The translations under genes were made by a program, and so were the position numbers. Of a stretch of DNA of 64,000 bases, positions 49,997 to 61,134 are shown piece after piece (position 1 is the stretch's first letter; the number at the start of each line of letters is the position of its first letter). Origin of the DNA: Pseudogymnoascus verrucosus (lineage: Eukaryota); the NCBI GenBank assembly GCA_001662655.1, contig KV460230.1. The stretch is one strand, 5' to 3'. Under the pieces are notes generated by a model. That model was not told where the DNA came from. It was given only the letters and a program-made list of their open reading frames with translations, and searched no databases.

Positions 49997-52900
49997 ATGG
50001 AGGATTTGCTCACACCTATGAGCACAGCTTATAAGAATATTAAAGAGGATCAAGAAGATGCTTTGGTTGAAACCAGGGGGCGACGGGAAGCTCTTCGAAA
50101 GAACGAGTTTCAAGCAAGAAGCCCACGAGAAGCTCTGGAGATACTCCAAAATGAACCTGACTTTTCGAATCTCATATCAATCCTGAAATACTTGGACACA
50201 ACCAACGACATATCTCTATCTTCTCCGAGCCCGTTAAGTTCTCAGCTGATAAATGTTCTGGTCTCTGATACTGTCCCAAATTACTGGGCAATCCTTTCAG
50301 AAAGGGGCAAGGGATCCAAGACCTTCAAATACAAAAGAGAGAGAGATTTGCTCTTGAACTGTTTCCGGAATGCTACTGGACTAGGTGCTATATCAGCTCG
50401 GCTTAACGTCCTGATTGATCAAAGTAAGATCACAAGCAAGAAAGGCGATGGACCGAATTTCGTGCAGTCATTAAGGGACTACCAAAGCGTCTTGGAAGAC
50501 CTTTTGCACGGTAACGCCGTGCTTCAAGGCCTTTGGGAAGCCCTCCAATCTGAGCCTATTCCCAAGCAAGCAGCCTTGTGGCGCGAGGTTACTGTGTTGA
50601 TTGGCGGCAGCAGGTTACTAAATTCCGCTGCCGAAGCCCATAGTATTATCAATGAGTCTAACAATACTGTTCGAGAGACTTCCTGGATTGCGGATGGAGT
50701 AAAATATAGCAGATGGATTGCATCAAACATTCAATACTGGGCAAAGCACCTGGCATTGGAGTCCGTCAGGCCTTGGAAACACCTCACGGAACTCCTTTCG
50801 AAGAGTTTGCGTCTCGGGTATCCCGGTAAGGAACCATCTCCCCAATGGATCCCCATATTCTGGCTAAAATTTGAAAAGATGTCATATTGGAGGCGGTACT
50901 GGATTTGGTTCTTGGAACTGAAGACGACTTAAAGGTGCTTCAAAAACTTTTGGACGTGATTCCTACTTATGAGCAAAAATCTGTCCTGAACTGCGCTTTG
51001 CGTTTACTTGTTAAGCATCATCTACCAAGCGATCCTAACTATGGCGATGTAGCCTGGTGGCAAGAAGATACTGCTCGAGTCTCTGCGGGAGCTGCTTATT
51101 TAAGTACGATTATCAATGGCAACGCGGCACGGAAGGACATGCTCTTGTCTTGGATGACCGGATTGCCTGGTGCTGGTATTGGAGAGCCAATAAGCATCCG
51201 ACGTGCGGCAATAGCTACCATTTCTCATTCCAAGTACGACTTGGAGGCTATTCTGGAAAAGAGCATGCAACAGTTTGGTGACCAACTCTACATCAAGCAT
51301 ACCCCTTCCATGCAGCAAGACGGTGCGAAACACCCCTATCCCTATTGGTGCAATATTCTGACTATGTGCTAATGAATATACAGTTCATGCCCAAATTTTA
51401 CTTCTTTGCGCTGGATATGTGCACCGAATTTCTCCAATGAAGCTAAAAATTCTTGCAAGATCTGGAGTTTATCTCAACGCGGTATCCAATCGCCTATCTG
51501 CTTCCTCAGAAAGAGCTCGATTCCTAGGAATGCTAGTCGGTGAAGCTATATCTGGTCTCGTGGAGCCTACTGGGAATCAAATGGATTTCAAGATGGAAGA
51601 ACTCAAATCTCCGGAAGCTCAATGGTACAAAGACTTAGTAGGTGTCATAGACAGCCTTGGTTCAGTTGAGTCTCTTCGGAAACATATCGCGCCAGAAGCC
51701 AAGCAAACCAAACCAAGCCTTCCTCGTGAAGTAAACAAACCAATCCGACCACCTCAGCACTCATCCAAAATTATTTCTATTGAAGAGATTGACGACGATG
51801 GCTCAGAGGAGGAGGATGATCTGGTCCCGTACACAAAACCCGACTCTGATGAGGAAGATTCGGATGAAGATCCCACCCTTGTAGTGCGGAACAAGCCTAC
51901 TGCGCCAGTATATATTCGGGACCTTATTTCGTATTTTAGAGACACAGAAAATTACGACCGTCAACGATTGGCCCTGTCGACCGCAGCCTCGTTAATCAGA
52001 CGGAAGTCTGGCTTTGGCACTGAAGTCAAAGACCATGCAGAGGAACTCGCAACCGTATTAATGGGTCTACAGGATAAGTATGACATTGATGATTTCAACG
52101 ACTTGCGCCTACAGAGCATGATTTCAGTTCTGCTCTGTGATCCGCAAAGAATGGCAAAGTGGTTCGCTAGGACATTTTTTGACGGTGACTACTCCATATC
52201 ACAGAGAGCTTCCGTACTCTCAACTATTGCCATTTCCGCCAGAGAATTAGGGGGGCTCAAAGAGGAAGACAAATCACTTACGAAAACAGCTCTGGCTTCC
52301 AGCAACAACTTTCCATCAAAGCAGCTTCCTGAACGACTCCACAATATTTATGCTGTGGAAGAAAGCCCGGTTGACTCTCTATCTCACCAGCTTTCTAAAA
52401 CCATGATACAGCCATTAGCTGCGTCGCTGGCAGATAAAGCTACCGGACCTGATATTCTAAAAGTCAAAACCTTTTCTTCGCGTCTTGCCGTCGAATCCCG
52501 ACGAGCTCCTCCTACCGTCAACGCCCTCTCCTCCATGGTCGCAGAATCTTTCTTTTTCCCCCTAACCGGGCGGTTTTTTGCACACTTAAAGGCATACGGT
52601 GGCAAAAATGTGATTTTCGAGTCTTTTCTCTTGAGCAGTTATCTGAAAACGCTGAGTTTGATTATGCACGCGAGTGGAAGCAGCACTCTTCAGCTACCTC
52701 AGATGACGAGTGAATTCTGGGACTTGCTGTTGGCAGTGAGAAGCCACACAATAGGTGACAAGTCCGTGAGAGAGGCAGTACTTTTCGGCTTCATGACTCT
52801 GTTAGAGGTTAACGGAGACAAAAGGCGGCTGTCAGAAAAGCATGGGAGAGAGTTATTGGAGACACAAAGATGGGTCGAGGCCATCTTTGGCTCTATTGGG

Positions 52901-53017
52901 GAAGGGGGGAAGGAAGAGGAGAGAGCAAGGACCTTAGCGGCGGGAGTGCTCTACAGAATCCGAGAGGTAGTAGAGAAGTACCAGGCACTATTGATGGGAG
53001 ATTTGGTAAATTTTTGA
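49997..53017 (+). CDS. TEL2: Telomere length regulation protein Tel2 (TTT complex); introns 50826-50878 and 51323-51383
   Basis: VSNRLSASSERARFLGM, KPDSDEEDSDEDPT (CK2/PIH-binding type), APVYIRDLI, ASLIRRK, DYSISQR. Confidence 0.88.
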
Positions 53018-53706
53018 GTGTAGAGGAATAGTTGTAGTTACAACTTGTGCACTTCTTAAGAAATACAAGATATGTTAAAAATAATTTTCTGGGCGGCGAT
53101 ATCAACACATCTTTATATTTTCAGTTATTTTATTTTAATTGCTCTGTTTACATGGAAAGAAATGTAGGCGCGTATGGAATTTAATTAGGTAGCAGAGCAG
53201 TGCTTCTTCTTATATCAAATTGAACTTCCATCACAAAGGAGTGGCATAATGAATATGAAGTACAAGAAACAGTAAGTGAGATTATAATTTTTCTTTTTAA
53301 ATTCATGTATTGCTCCAGCAGCGCGTTCTACGCCGCTTGGTGTGCCAGCCTTTTGTTTTCAATAGTGATGGTGGCTGGTCTTGAAGTCTAAGACATCACA
53401 GTAGTCAAGGGCGGATACCTTATAATGGAAACGCGGTGATAAACAGCAACACCAATTCGACGACAACAGAACAACAATTCAAACCTTTCAACCAACATCA
53501 CACAACAGCTGCTGGCAATCTTATACCTCTCCTTGTTCCTTGTTTTTGGACCAACATATGGTCGCATGGCAAACGCATGTCCAGATCGACACTCCACAGC
53601 GAATGTGCTGCATACTACAGTGGCGCGTCTCTGGCTCCTGGCCTCACGACAAAAGCTTCATTGTCGTGCAAATTTACAACCCTACTTGCATCTAGCTTGA
53701 AGTACA

Positions 53707-55760
53707 ATGGGACTGATACCTTTGAAATTGGTCGCGGCCCTTAGGCCAGCTGACCTACATCAATCGATGCCCAAAACAACGCCCGTGCTGTTAAGAGCTC
53801 CAGCCAAACCCGCCCCGCAAGGTCCCAGTTCAACGCCGGCCACGCCTATTAGGCCATCAAGAAAGATATCACAGGTCAAGGCAACGAATTCAAGTTTCCT
53901 CCCATATGGGAATGACGAATGGCGAAACCTTCTAGACGATGTAAAAGAACTTTTCCGAAATGGCCGATATAAAGAGTGTTCAGACCGCTGTGTTGCATCT
54001 CTCGAGCAAGTGAGAGGACCTGTAAGTTGGCCAGCGATTTTTGTCCACGCGTCTTGCATTGTCCTTCAGCGAGATTGGAAAATTTTACTATTACCTATAA
54101 TGGCCGGCTATCAGATACCTTGGATTATCTGGCCTAAAATCAATGTTACGACACGTAGGAAACGAGTTTGGCAAAGCTAATGATAATCCAGGCACACCCA
54201 GCACACCTCACATACATCTCGTTTTACGCCGCGCTATGTATCACCATCCAAGCACAGTCGCTAGAATTACGAAATCCTCGGAAGCTAGTACTGTTGAAGC
54301 TTTCGCTGTCATTCTATGAAAGATCTGAAGGATTCCTGATGCAGGCGAAGATAGAGCAGAACACGTCCCACGACGGCCCTCCGAAACGTGAATATAAACG
54401 CTGGGATTCCAATTCGTTGACTAGGAGCCAGAGCCTTTCAGTTGACTCACCAACATCAACGACGCATACCACAATCTCAAGCTTTCGTCTACCAGATAAT
54501 GATTCAGATGATGGATTTAAATCTCCATCTATAACTACTCGTGGTAGAACCTTGTCAATGGACTCGACAACATCCGACTTTCTTGCCAAAAAGGACTACA
54601 AGAATCTGTTCTACAGCACCATAAAGCACTATGCGGCAACACCACCTACACCACCTCTCTCGCCACTAGAGGATTCACTTCCTGCTAAACGGGAATTGAA
54701 GCGATCTGGGTCGTCATCATCAGCGCATAGCAAAACCTCCTCAATTGATTCTATGCTCGACGAATTCGATTTCTCACTTACGTGGGATGCAAACTCGCGT
54801 CGCTCATCTGCATCATCATATACGAGTATAGCCAGCAAGGTGACCACTGAAAATATATCCCAGAAGCAAGCCCCCCGGGATACAGCACGGGATACAGCAC
54901 CTGTACTATTTCTGAAGCCCCCGCCTCCGCAGTTTCTAAAACTATCAACACCGCCGCGGCCACGGAAGAGGTCTGGGTTTGCGCCATCGCTTCCTACCAT
55001 AATATCCGACAGCTGCATGGCTGAGGTGGCTATGGACAGTTCTAGCATTTCCAGCACTTCCTCTCCTGAACACTATTCTGCTCGGACTCGCCCGTTACCT
55101 CCATTGCCACTCATTACTGAGGACATACCAACCTGTTCAGAGATCCAGATACCCGGCGATAGGAAACCTAGAAGCACCTGGGGAAACGATACTCAAACAC
55201 CGAGCAGTACCGTCTTTCCACCTCCCAGAAAGGCCCATAGCCCGGCGCCCACAGCCGTCCCATTTCACCGGCCCCTACCGCCACTTCCACTAGCTGTTCG
55301 TCCGCCAGTTTCGGGCTCCAGGCTCAATTTTTCGAAGCCTCGACCAGTGCCTCCGCCTCCGCCTAGTCAAAGGACTTCGCCAGAGACAGCGGTAGAAGCC
55401 ATCTCGCTGTTCCTTCTCTCCCAATCCCGTGCTCGCTACAACGCGCACATTCCAGAATTCTATTCGCGGATAAAGTACCACATGACAGAAGTGCGCAAGA
55501 TGATCGCGGACGTCCAGTTTAAAAACGCGGCGCTTGAAGCCGAGGGGCGTCCGGTAAGGACGCTTAGTATCAAGGAGCTAAGAGAGGGGACGGGGTGTGC
55601 AATGGGGGTGCAGTGGAAGGTTGATAAGGAGGAAGTGGTGAAGAGGGTTAGGCGGGCGAGAGTCGAGGCTTTGAAGAGGAGGGGAGAGGAGCGGAAGCCT
55701 TGGGATGGAGGGAGATATCAGGAGTTGTGTAAGCTGGCGTTGGAAGAGTTAAAGAGATGA
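53707..55760 (+). CDS. Hypothetical Ser/Pro-rich protein; intron 54022-54191; start at 53707 or 53767
   Basis: Two long ORFs joined in frame by a GTAAGT..CTAAT..CAG intron; helical N-terminus and C-terminal RVEALKRRG..WDGGRYQELCKLALEEL. Confidence 0.7.
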
Positions 55761-56257
55761 CGTTAATTTTGTATTATTATTATATTAATATGTAGGATTA
55801 TAATTAGGTAGCATGTAGGATTAATAATTGAAAGGTTGATTGGTTGTTTGAAGTCGGTCTGGTTGGCGCATATTCACAGTCACAACGTATGAGAAGCTCA
55901 CAGTAGATTCATCAGAATGCTATTTTGGTCTACCTACAGTATCTGCTTTGCAGCAATGTCGAAAACCCCCCATGGCCCAGATCCATCACGCTTTGCCTGG
56001 TCGTAGTTGGATATTCATTTCCTCACCGCCTCGACATGCGTCCATCTCTGCCCGCGGGTAACTTCAGACGTAAACAAAGAAAAAGAAGAATCGTGATAAA
56101 TCGGATCAGCCCTGAATCTAAAAAGCTGACCAAACCCGGGGGGAAATAGATGCTTATATTCGCTGAAGGACGGCCTCTAATATTATGCTGAATGAACAAC
56201 AGATGCGTTTCGTTAGGGCTGCAGCTGGGCGACCGGCAACATGTTCGTGTAAACTAT

Positions 56258-57210
56258 CTATAGGTCGGCATCGTCTTCGTCTGGGAGCGGCATCTGGGCA
56301 GCGACGTCCATCTCCTGCTTGTACTGGGCAAGGAGAGCCTCGTCGACCTGGGCCTCGGGTGGGGCAAGAGCAGGGGCAGCGACAAATTCCTAATTCAGTT
56401 AGCGTGGGTGCCCAGAAAGCGAGAAAAATGGCGGGGTACGAACGAGAGTCGCGTTGCCAACAAGCTTGCGGGCCAACCACAAGAACGGCTTCTCGAAGTT
56501 GTAGTTGGACTTGGCTGAGATATCGTAGTACTGGAGGTTCTTCTTGCGGTGGAAAGTGATGGTCTTGGCCTTGACCTTGCGCTCCTTAACATCGACCTTG
56601 TTACCGCAGAGAACGATGGGGATGTTCTCGCAAACGCGGATCAAGTCACCTATGGGACAGTTAGAATGAAACGCCTTCGGTTCTCGAGCTCGGGTGTTTG
56701 CTTACGATGCCAGTTGGGCACGTTCTTGTATGTGATGCGGGAGGTGACATCGAACATGATGATACCACACTGTCCGTTGATGTAGTATCCGTCACGGAGA
56801 CCTCCAAACTTCTCCTGTCCAGCGGTATCCCAGACATCGAATTGGATTTGGCCCAAGTTCTGTATTCCGTCAGTATCAGCCAGAAAGGCCTCATGGCCTG
56901 ATTCGAGGTTTGATGTGACTTACTGTGGTGAAGCCGAGAGGGTGGACCTCTACACCTAATGTGGCGATGTACTTCTTCTCGAACTCTCCGGTCAAATGGC
57001 GCTTGACGAAGGTAGTCTGTTTGGAGATTCAGTTAGATTTCATTGTCCACTTGAGATAGATAAGAATGACCGGTTGGCGCTCCGAGAATGAGGGGTAATG
57101 GCGCCAACACAGTTCATCCGCGCAAAGCAAATTCAACTGACCTTTCCGGTTCCACCGTCACCGACAAGCACAAGCTTGAAGGTTGGTACAGATGGGGCTG
57201 CGTCAGCCAT
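56258..57210 (-). CDS. GSP1: Ran GTPase, 5 coding exons (plus probable 5'-UTR intron 57273-57362)
   Basis: [55 protein letters not shown], acidic tail LPDEDDADL. Confidence 0.97.
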
Positions 57211-57635
57211 GTTGGCGGTTGAAATGGTAAGTGTGGGGTGATGTAAACAGAGGAAGTTGGCGATCGATAGATCTGTGAAAGAAGTCAGTCCTGTGCGACT
57301 GGCGCTTTATTTATTGCAAAATCGTCACAGAGCCCTGGAAATGATGCGCTGGTAATATATACCTTGAGGTGGCAAGTTCACTGGTGGACGTGGTCTTGTA
57401 TGATTTGGTTGTCTATGTTTTGTTGCGATGAGCAGGCGGTGGAAAAGCTTAGCGAAGAGCGAAGAACTGATGTAATAACATCACGTGATTGGACGAAACA
57501 GAGCAGCCTTGTCTGACGCAGACATCTAGAGTATTCCGTATTCCGTAGTACGGTACAACAACCTCGCCCATCCGGCTAATTTCTTATCAACGTCGTTTCA
57601 ACAAAAGCCCTCCTTACCTTGGTGGACCTCACACC

Positions 57636-58402
57636 ATGGACGGCCCTTCTCCTTATACGTCTTTCTCTCTGACGCATGTCAATTATGTAAACTGGCCTTA
57701 TACATGACTTTGCGTGCGTCCGACTAATCTGCTCGTGTTTAGAATCCTGATGACCGTGTCTCGTACCTTTGTGCATGGCTTGCCATCGTTCCTCAGGGGC
57801 TCTGCGTTGCATACGCAACCTTGATCTATTCTACTCGTGAGATTGAGATTATTCTCATGTTTGCTGGGCAAATGGCATGTGAGGCAGTCAACTTTATTCT
57901 GAAGAGGATCATTAAGGAGGAAAGACCAAAGCAAATGCACGGCAAGGGGTATGGGATGCCATCGTCTCATGCCCAGTTTGTGACTTTCTTTTCGGTGCAC
58001 CTAGCTCTCTTTTTGCTGTTAAGACATACTCCGCCAAAGGCTACGAAAGCCTCGCACACCCCAATACCGTTCGCCCAAAGAGTGGCGCTGTCTATAGCTG
58101 CACTGATATGCGCAGGGCTAGTTGCAGGAAGCCGGATATATCTGAACTACCATACACCAAAGCAAGTTCTTGTTGGATGTGCAGCAGGGTTGGTAAGTGC
58201 TGTTGGCTGGTTCGGCATCACAACTATTTTCCGGAGGAGCGGGCTGCTGGAATATGCCCTGGATACTCCCTTGGTACGGCTGTTTCGAGTGAGAGACTTG
58301 GTGGTGGAAGAAGACCTGCCACAATCTGGCTGGGAGAAGTGGGAAGAGAGGAGAGCGATGTCTCATACACGCCGAAATACCCAAAAGACAAAGAAGCGGT
58401 AG
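57636..58402 (+). CDS. CAX4: Dolichyl pyrophosphate phosphatase (PAP2 family); intron 57687-57742
   Basis: SLTHVNYNPDD, KRIIKEERP, GYGMPSSHAQF, SRIYLNYHTPKQV. Confidence 0.9.
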
Positions 58403-58628
58403 CCTAGTGAAGAGTGATGGAGTCAGGAACAGCACTTTCTCTCGACACAGCCTGAATAACATTTGAATGCTGGCCATTATAATGTTTCATGCTCTGACTG
58501 GTGATACATTTTTTTGCAGAAGAATAGCAACAACTCCAGCCCTTACGATACTCCAGAAGTCCATAAGCCCGAAACCCCTTCGCTGCGCTACAGAATTGGA
58601 AACTTGGTATAACACGAAGAGCGGCAGC

Positions 58629-59522
58629 CTAAAGCGGAACGATATGGCACCCCAATAAACCCCTGCCTCCCCAGTCCTTTCGTGGAACCAAAGTCAAGTT
58701 CAATTCTTGCCTCTCGGCACCGAATCCTCTCGAAACCTTTACCAGAACGTCCCGCTACACATAAGTCAGTTAGCTAACCAAGCTGAAGAGTGTTTTTTTT
58801 TCAGTTCGTTAGAGAAATTAAGATGATAAGACTTACACCCTCATTTCCTTGCACGCATTCTGCCACCCTCCTTAACCCATCATTGTTTTCACGATTCACG
58901 TATCCGAAATTGCGAATCAAGTCCCCTGCCTTCAACCCCGCTGCTTCAGCCGGACTATTCTCCACAACACTGTTGACCCTTGCGAATGGGGTCTCCAGCA
59001 CTGGCGGGCGCGACCGCGCCGCTTCCAATGTGTGTACTCCATTGGTGGTTGCTGGCTTCTGTTCATCGGACTCTGGCAGAGGGTTTGCTTGGAGGAACTC
59101 GAAGTGCGCGTGGACCGCCTTTTCGATCACCTCCATAAGTGCTTTGTAGTCATTCTTCAGATATATTATCCGCGAGCGCGTTGTTCGTACTAAATATAAA
59201 TATTAGAATGGTCCAAAATGGTGGTTGGGGATGTGCTCACTTTGCGCGACGTCGAGGTCTGCCCGCGGGAAACCATCTGGCGTCATGAGGTTTGTGTTCA
59301 TATCAACTCCATGCTGGGAATCATTAGCTGTCTGGGAAGCTGCTTGACATAAAACATCTTCGGACTCACAGATTCGAGGACGCCTCCAAGAGCTCTAAGC
59401 TCAGCTTCCATAGACTCCTTCTTCAACTGAAGCTCCGGCAGTGTGAGCCCCTCAGTCCGTATCCCACCTCCATTCGCTGTCGTGGGACCGGACGGGACAG
59501 TAGGGGCGTGTAGGTTCTGCAT
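58629..59522 (-). CDS. NAS2: 26S proteasome assembly chaperone p27/Nas2 (PDZ), 4 exons
   Basis: LMTPDGFPRADLDVAQIRTTR, PFARVNSVVENSPAEAAGLKAGD, WGGRGLLGCHIVPL. Confidence 0.92.
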
Positions 59523-59550
59523 ATTCGGTAGTAGCTTCACTTTTGAGCAC

Positions 59551-59853
59551 AAGTTAAATGGTAAAGTGGTCGTGGCGTATGAAGCTATGGAACACTTTTG
59601 TTGTCAAGCTCAAGCCAAGGTATACGCGGTGCCACAGCCTGATGGCGGGGTATCGCTTATTGATAAGAAGTCTTGGCATAGTTTATCAAAGGTCCCTCAA
59701 TCGCGCCACCGAGGGCCCAACGAACCCCCACGGTGACCGAGGGAAGCGATGGGTGCGCCCACATAGCATAGTAGCAGATTACGTAGACCTTAGCTTCTGC
59801 CTGACAACAAAAAGTGTTATATAGCTTCATACACCACTTCCATTGTCTAACTT
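59551..59853. repeat. Imperfect ~75 bp inverted repeat (arms 59551-59626 and 59782-59853) in the Nas2/DLH divergent promoter
   Basis: Left gtatgaagctatggaacacttttgttgtcaagctcaagccaaggtatacg versus reverse complement of right gtatgaagctatataacactttttgttgtcaggcagaagctaaggtctacg. Confidence 0.85.
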
Positions 59854-59897
59854 TTGCGTTGAAATCTTTTGAGAAAAGCAAAAAAAAGCTAGAAACA

Positions 59898-60742
59898 ATG
59901 GCGTCCAACCCTCCCGGCAAGTGCTGCACCGTCGGCGTGAAACACACGTAAGTGCCGCCCAGTCATAGCTCCCCTCCCAATCGCCAAAAACATAAGCATC
60001 AGAACCCTGTTTTAACACCCCCTATAGAGGCGAGACAACCGGAACTGAAATTACCATCGCCAATGGCTCCCTCGATGTCTACATCGCGAAGCCCACGAAC
60101 CCCAAGCCAGGAAAGGCTATCCTTTTCGTCCCAGATGTGATGGGCATCTCCAAGAACGCCAACCTCATGGCCGACCAACTCGCCGCCAACGGATACTACA
60201 CTCTGATCCCCGACCTGTTCAACAAGGATTCGCTCTCCAACCCATGGCGCCCGGAGAACTTCAACCTCATGAACTGGATCCAGCACGGTATGAAGGGTGA
60301 TAACCCGCACACTGTCCCCGAGGTCGACGCAATCATGGTCAAGGCGCTGGACTACCTCAATGAGCAAGGCTACAAGGAGGTCGCAGCTGTTGGGTACTGT
60401 TTCGGCGCAAAGTATGTAGTGCGTTTCATGTCTGAGGAGAAGGGGAAGCGCATTAAGGTGGGATACTTGGCGCACCCATCGTTCGTGGACGAGGCAGAGC
60501 TAGAGGCTATTAAGGGACCTCTATCGATCTCAGCAGCAGAGACGGATTCGATTTTCCCAGTGGAAAAGAGGCATAAGTCGGAGGAAATCTTGATCGCGAC
60601 GAAGCTTCCGTACCAGATCAACCTGTTCTCGGGAGTTAGCCACGGCTTCTCCGTGCGCGGTGACCCAAGCATTCCACAGGAGAAGTGGGCGAAGGAGCAG
60701 GCGTTTGAGCAGGCTGTTCAGTGGTTCAACTTCCATATGTAA
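59898..60742 (+). CDS. Dienelactone hydrolase family protein (Aim2-like); intron 59948-60027
   Basis: MASNPPGKCC, ADQLAANGY..PDLF, nucleophile motif GYCFG, AHPS, AETD, HGF. Confidence 0.92.
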
Positions 60743-61134
60743 GTGTTGGGATCCAAGTTTGGAAGAGACTTGTTGAGTTGGAATAGGGGCGCTTTACCCG
60801 ATCACAAGGATTACAATGGATCAAAGGGGGTTAACAGCAAGTTCTAATACGATTGCTGGGGATGCCTCAATTATATATAAATCCTATTATGCTTATTACT
60901 TTGTGTTCGTGCGTCGTAGCTCCCACCCTTACCCTGATTGCTATCACCTCACTAATCCAGATATGGTCAATTAAACACGAAAGCGAACTTATTAAGAGTA
61001 CTCATTCATAATAGTCATAAATCATAAGTTCAATTGCAATAGCTATAATGCTACATGCTGCTGTATTGTACATCAAGCGGGTATAAGGCTGGCAACTAGT
61101 ATACAAGGAAACAAGACTCGACACGGCCCTATAT

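Noticed and set aside
59443..59947. Small ORFs on both strands sharing FCCQAxAKVY
   Set aside because: Translation by-product of the inverted repeat, not convincing genes.
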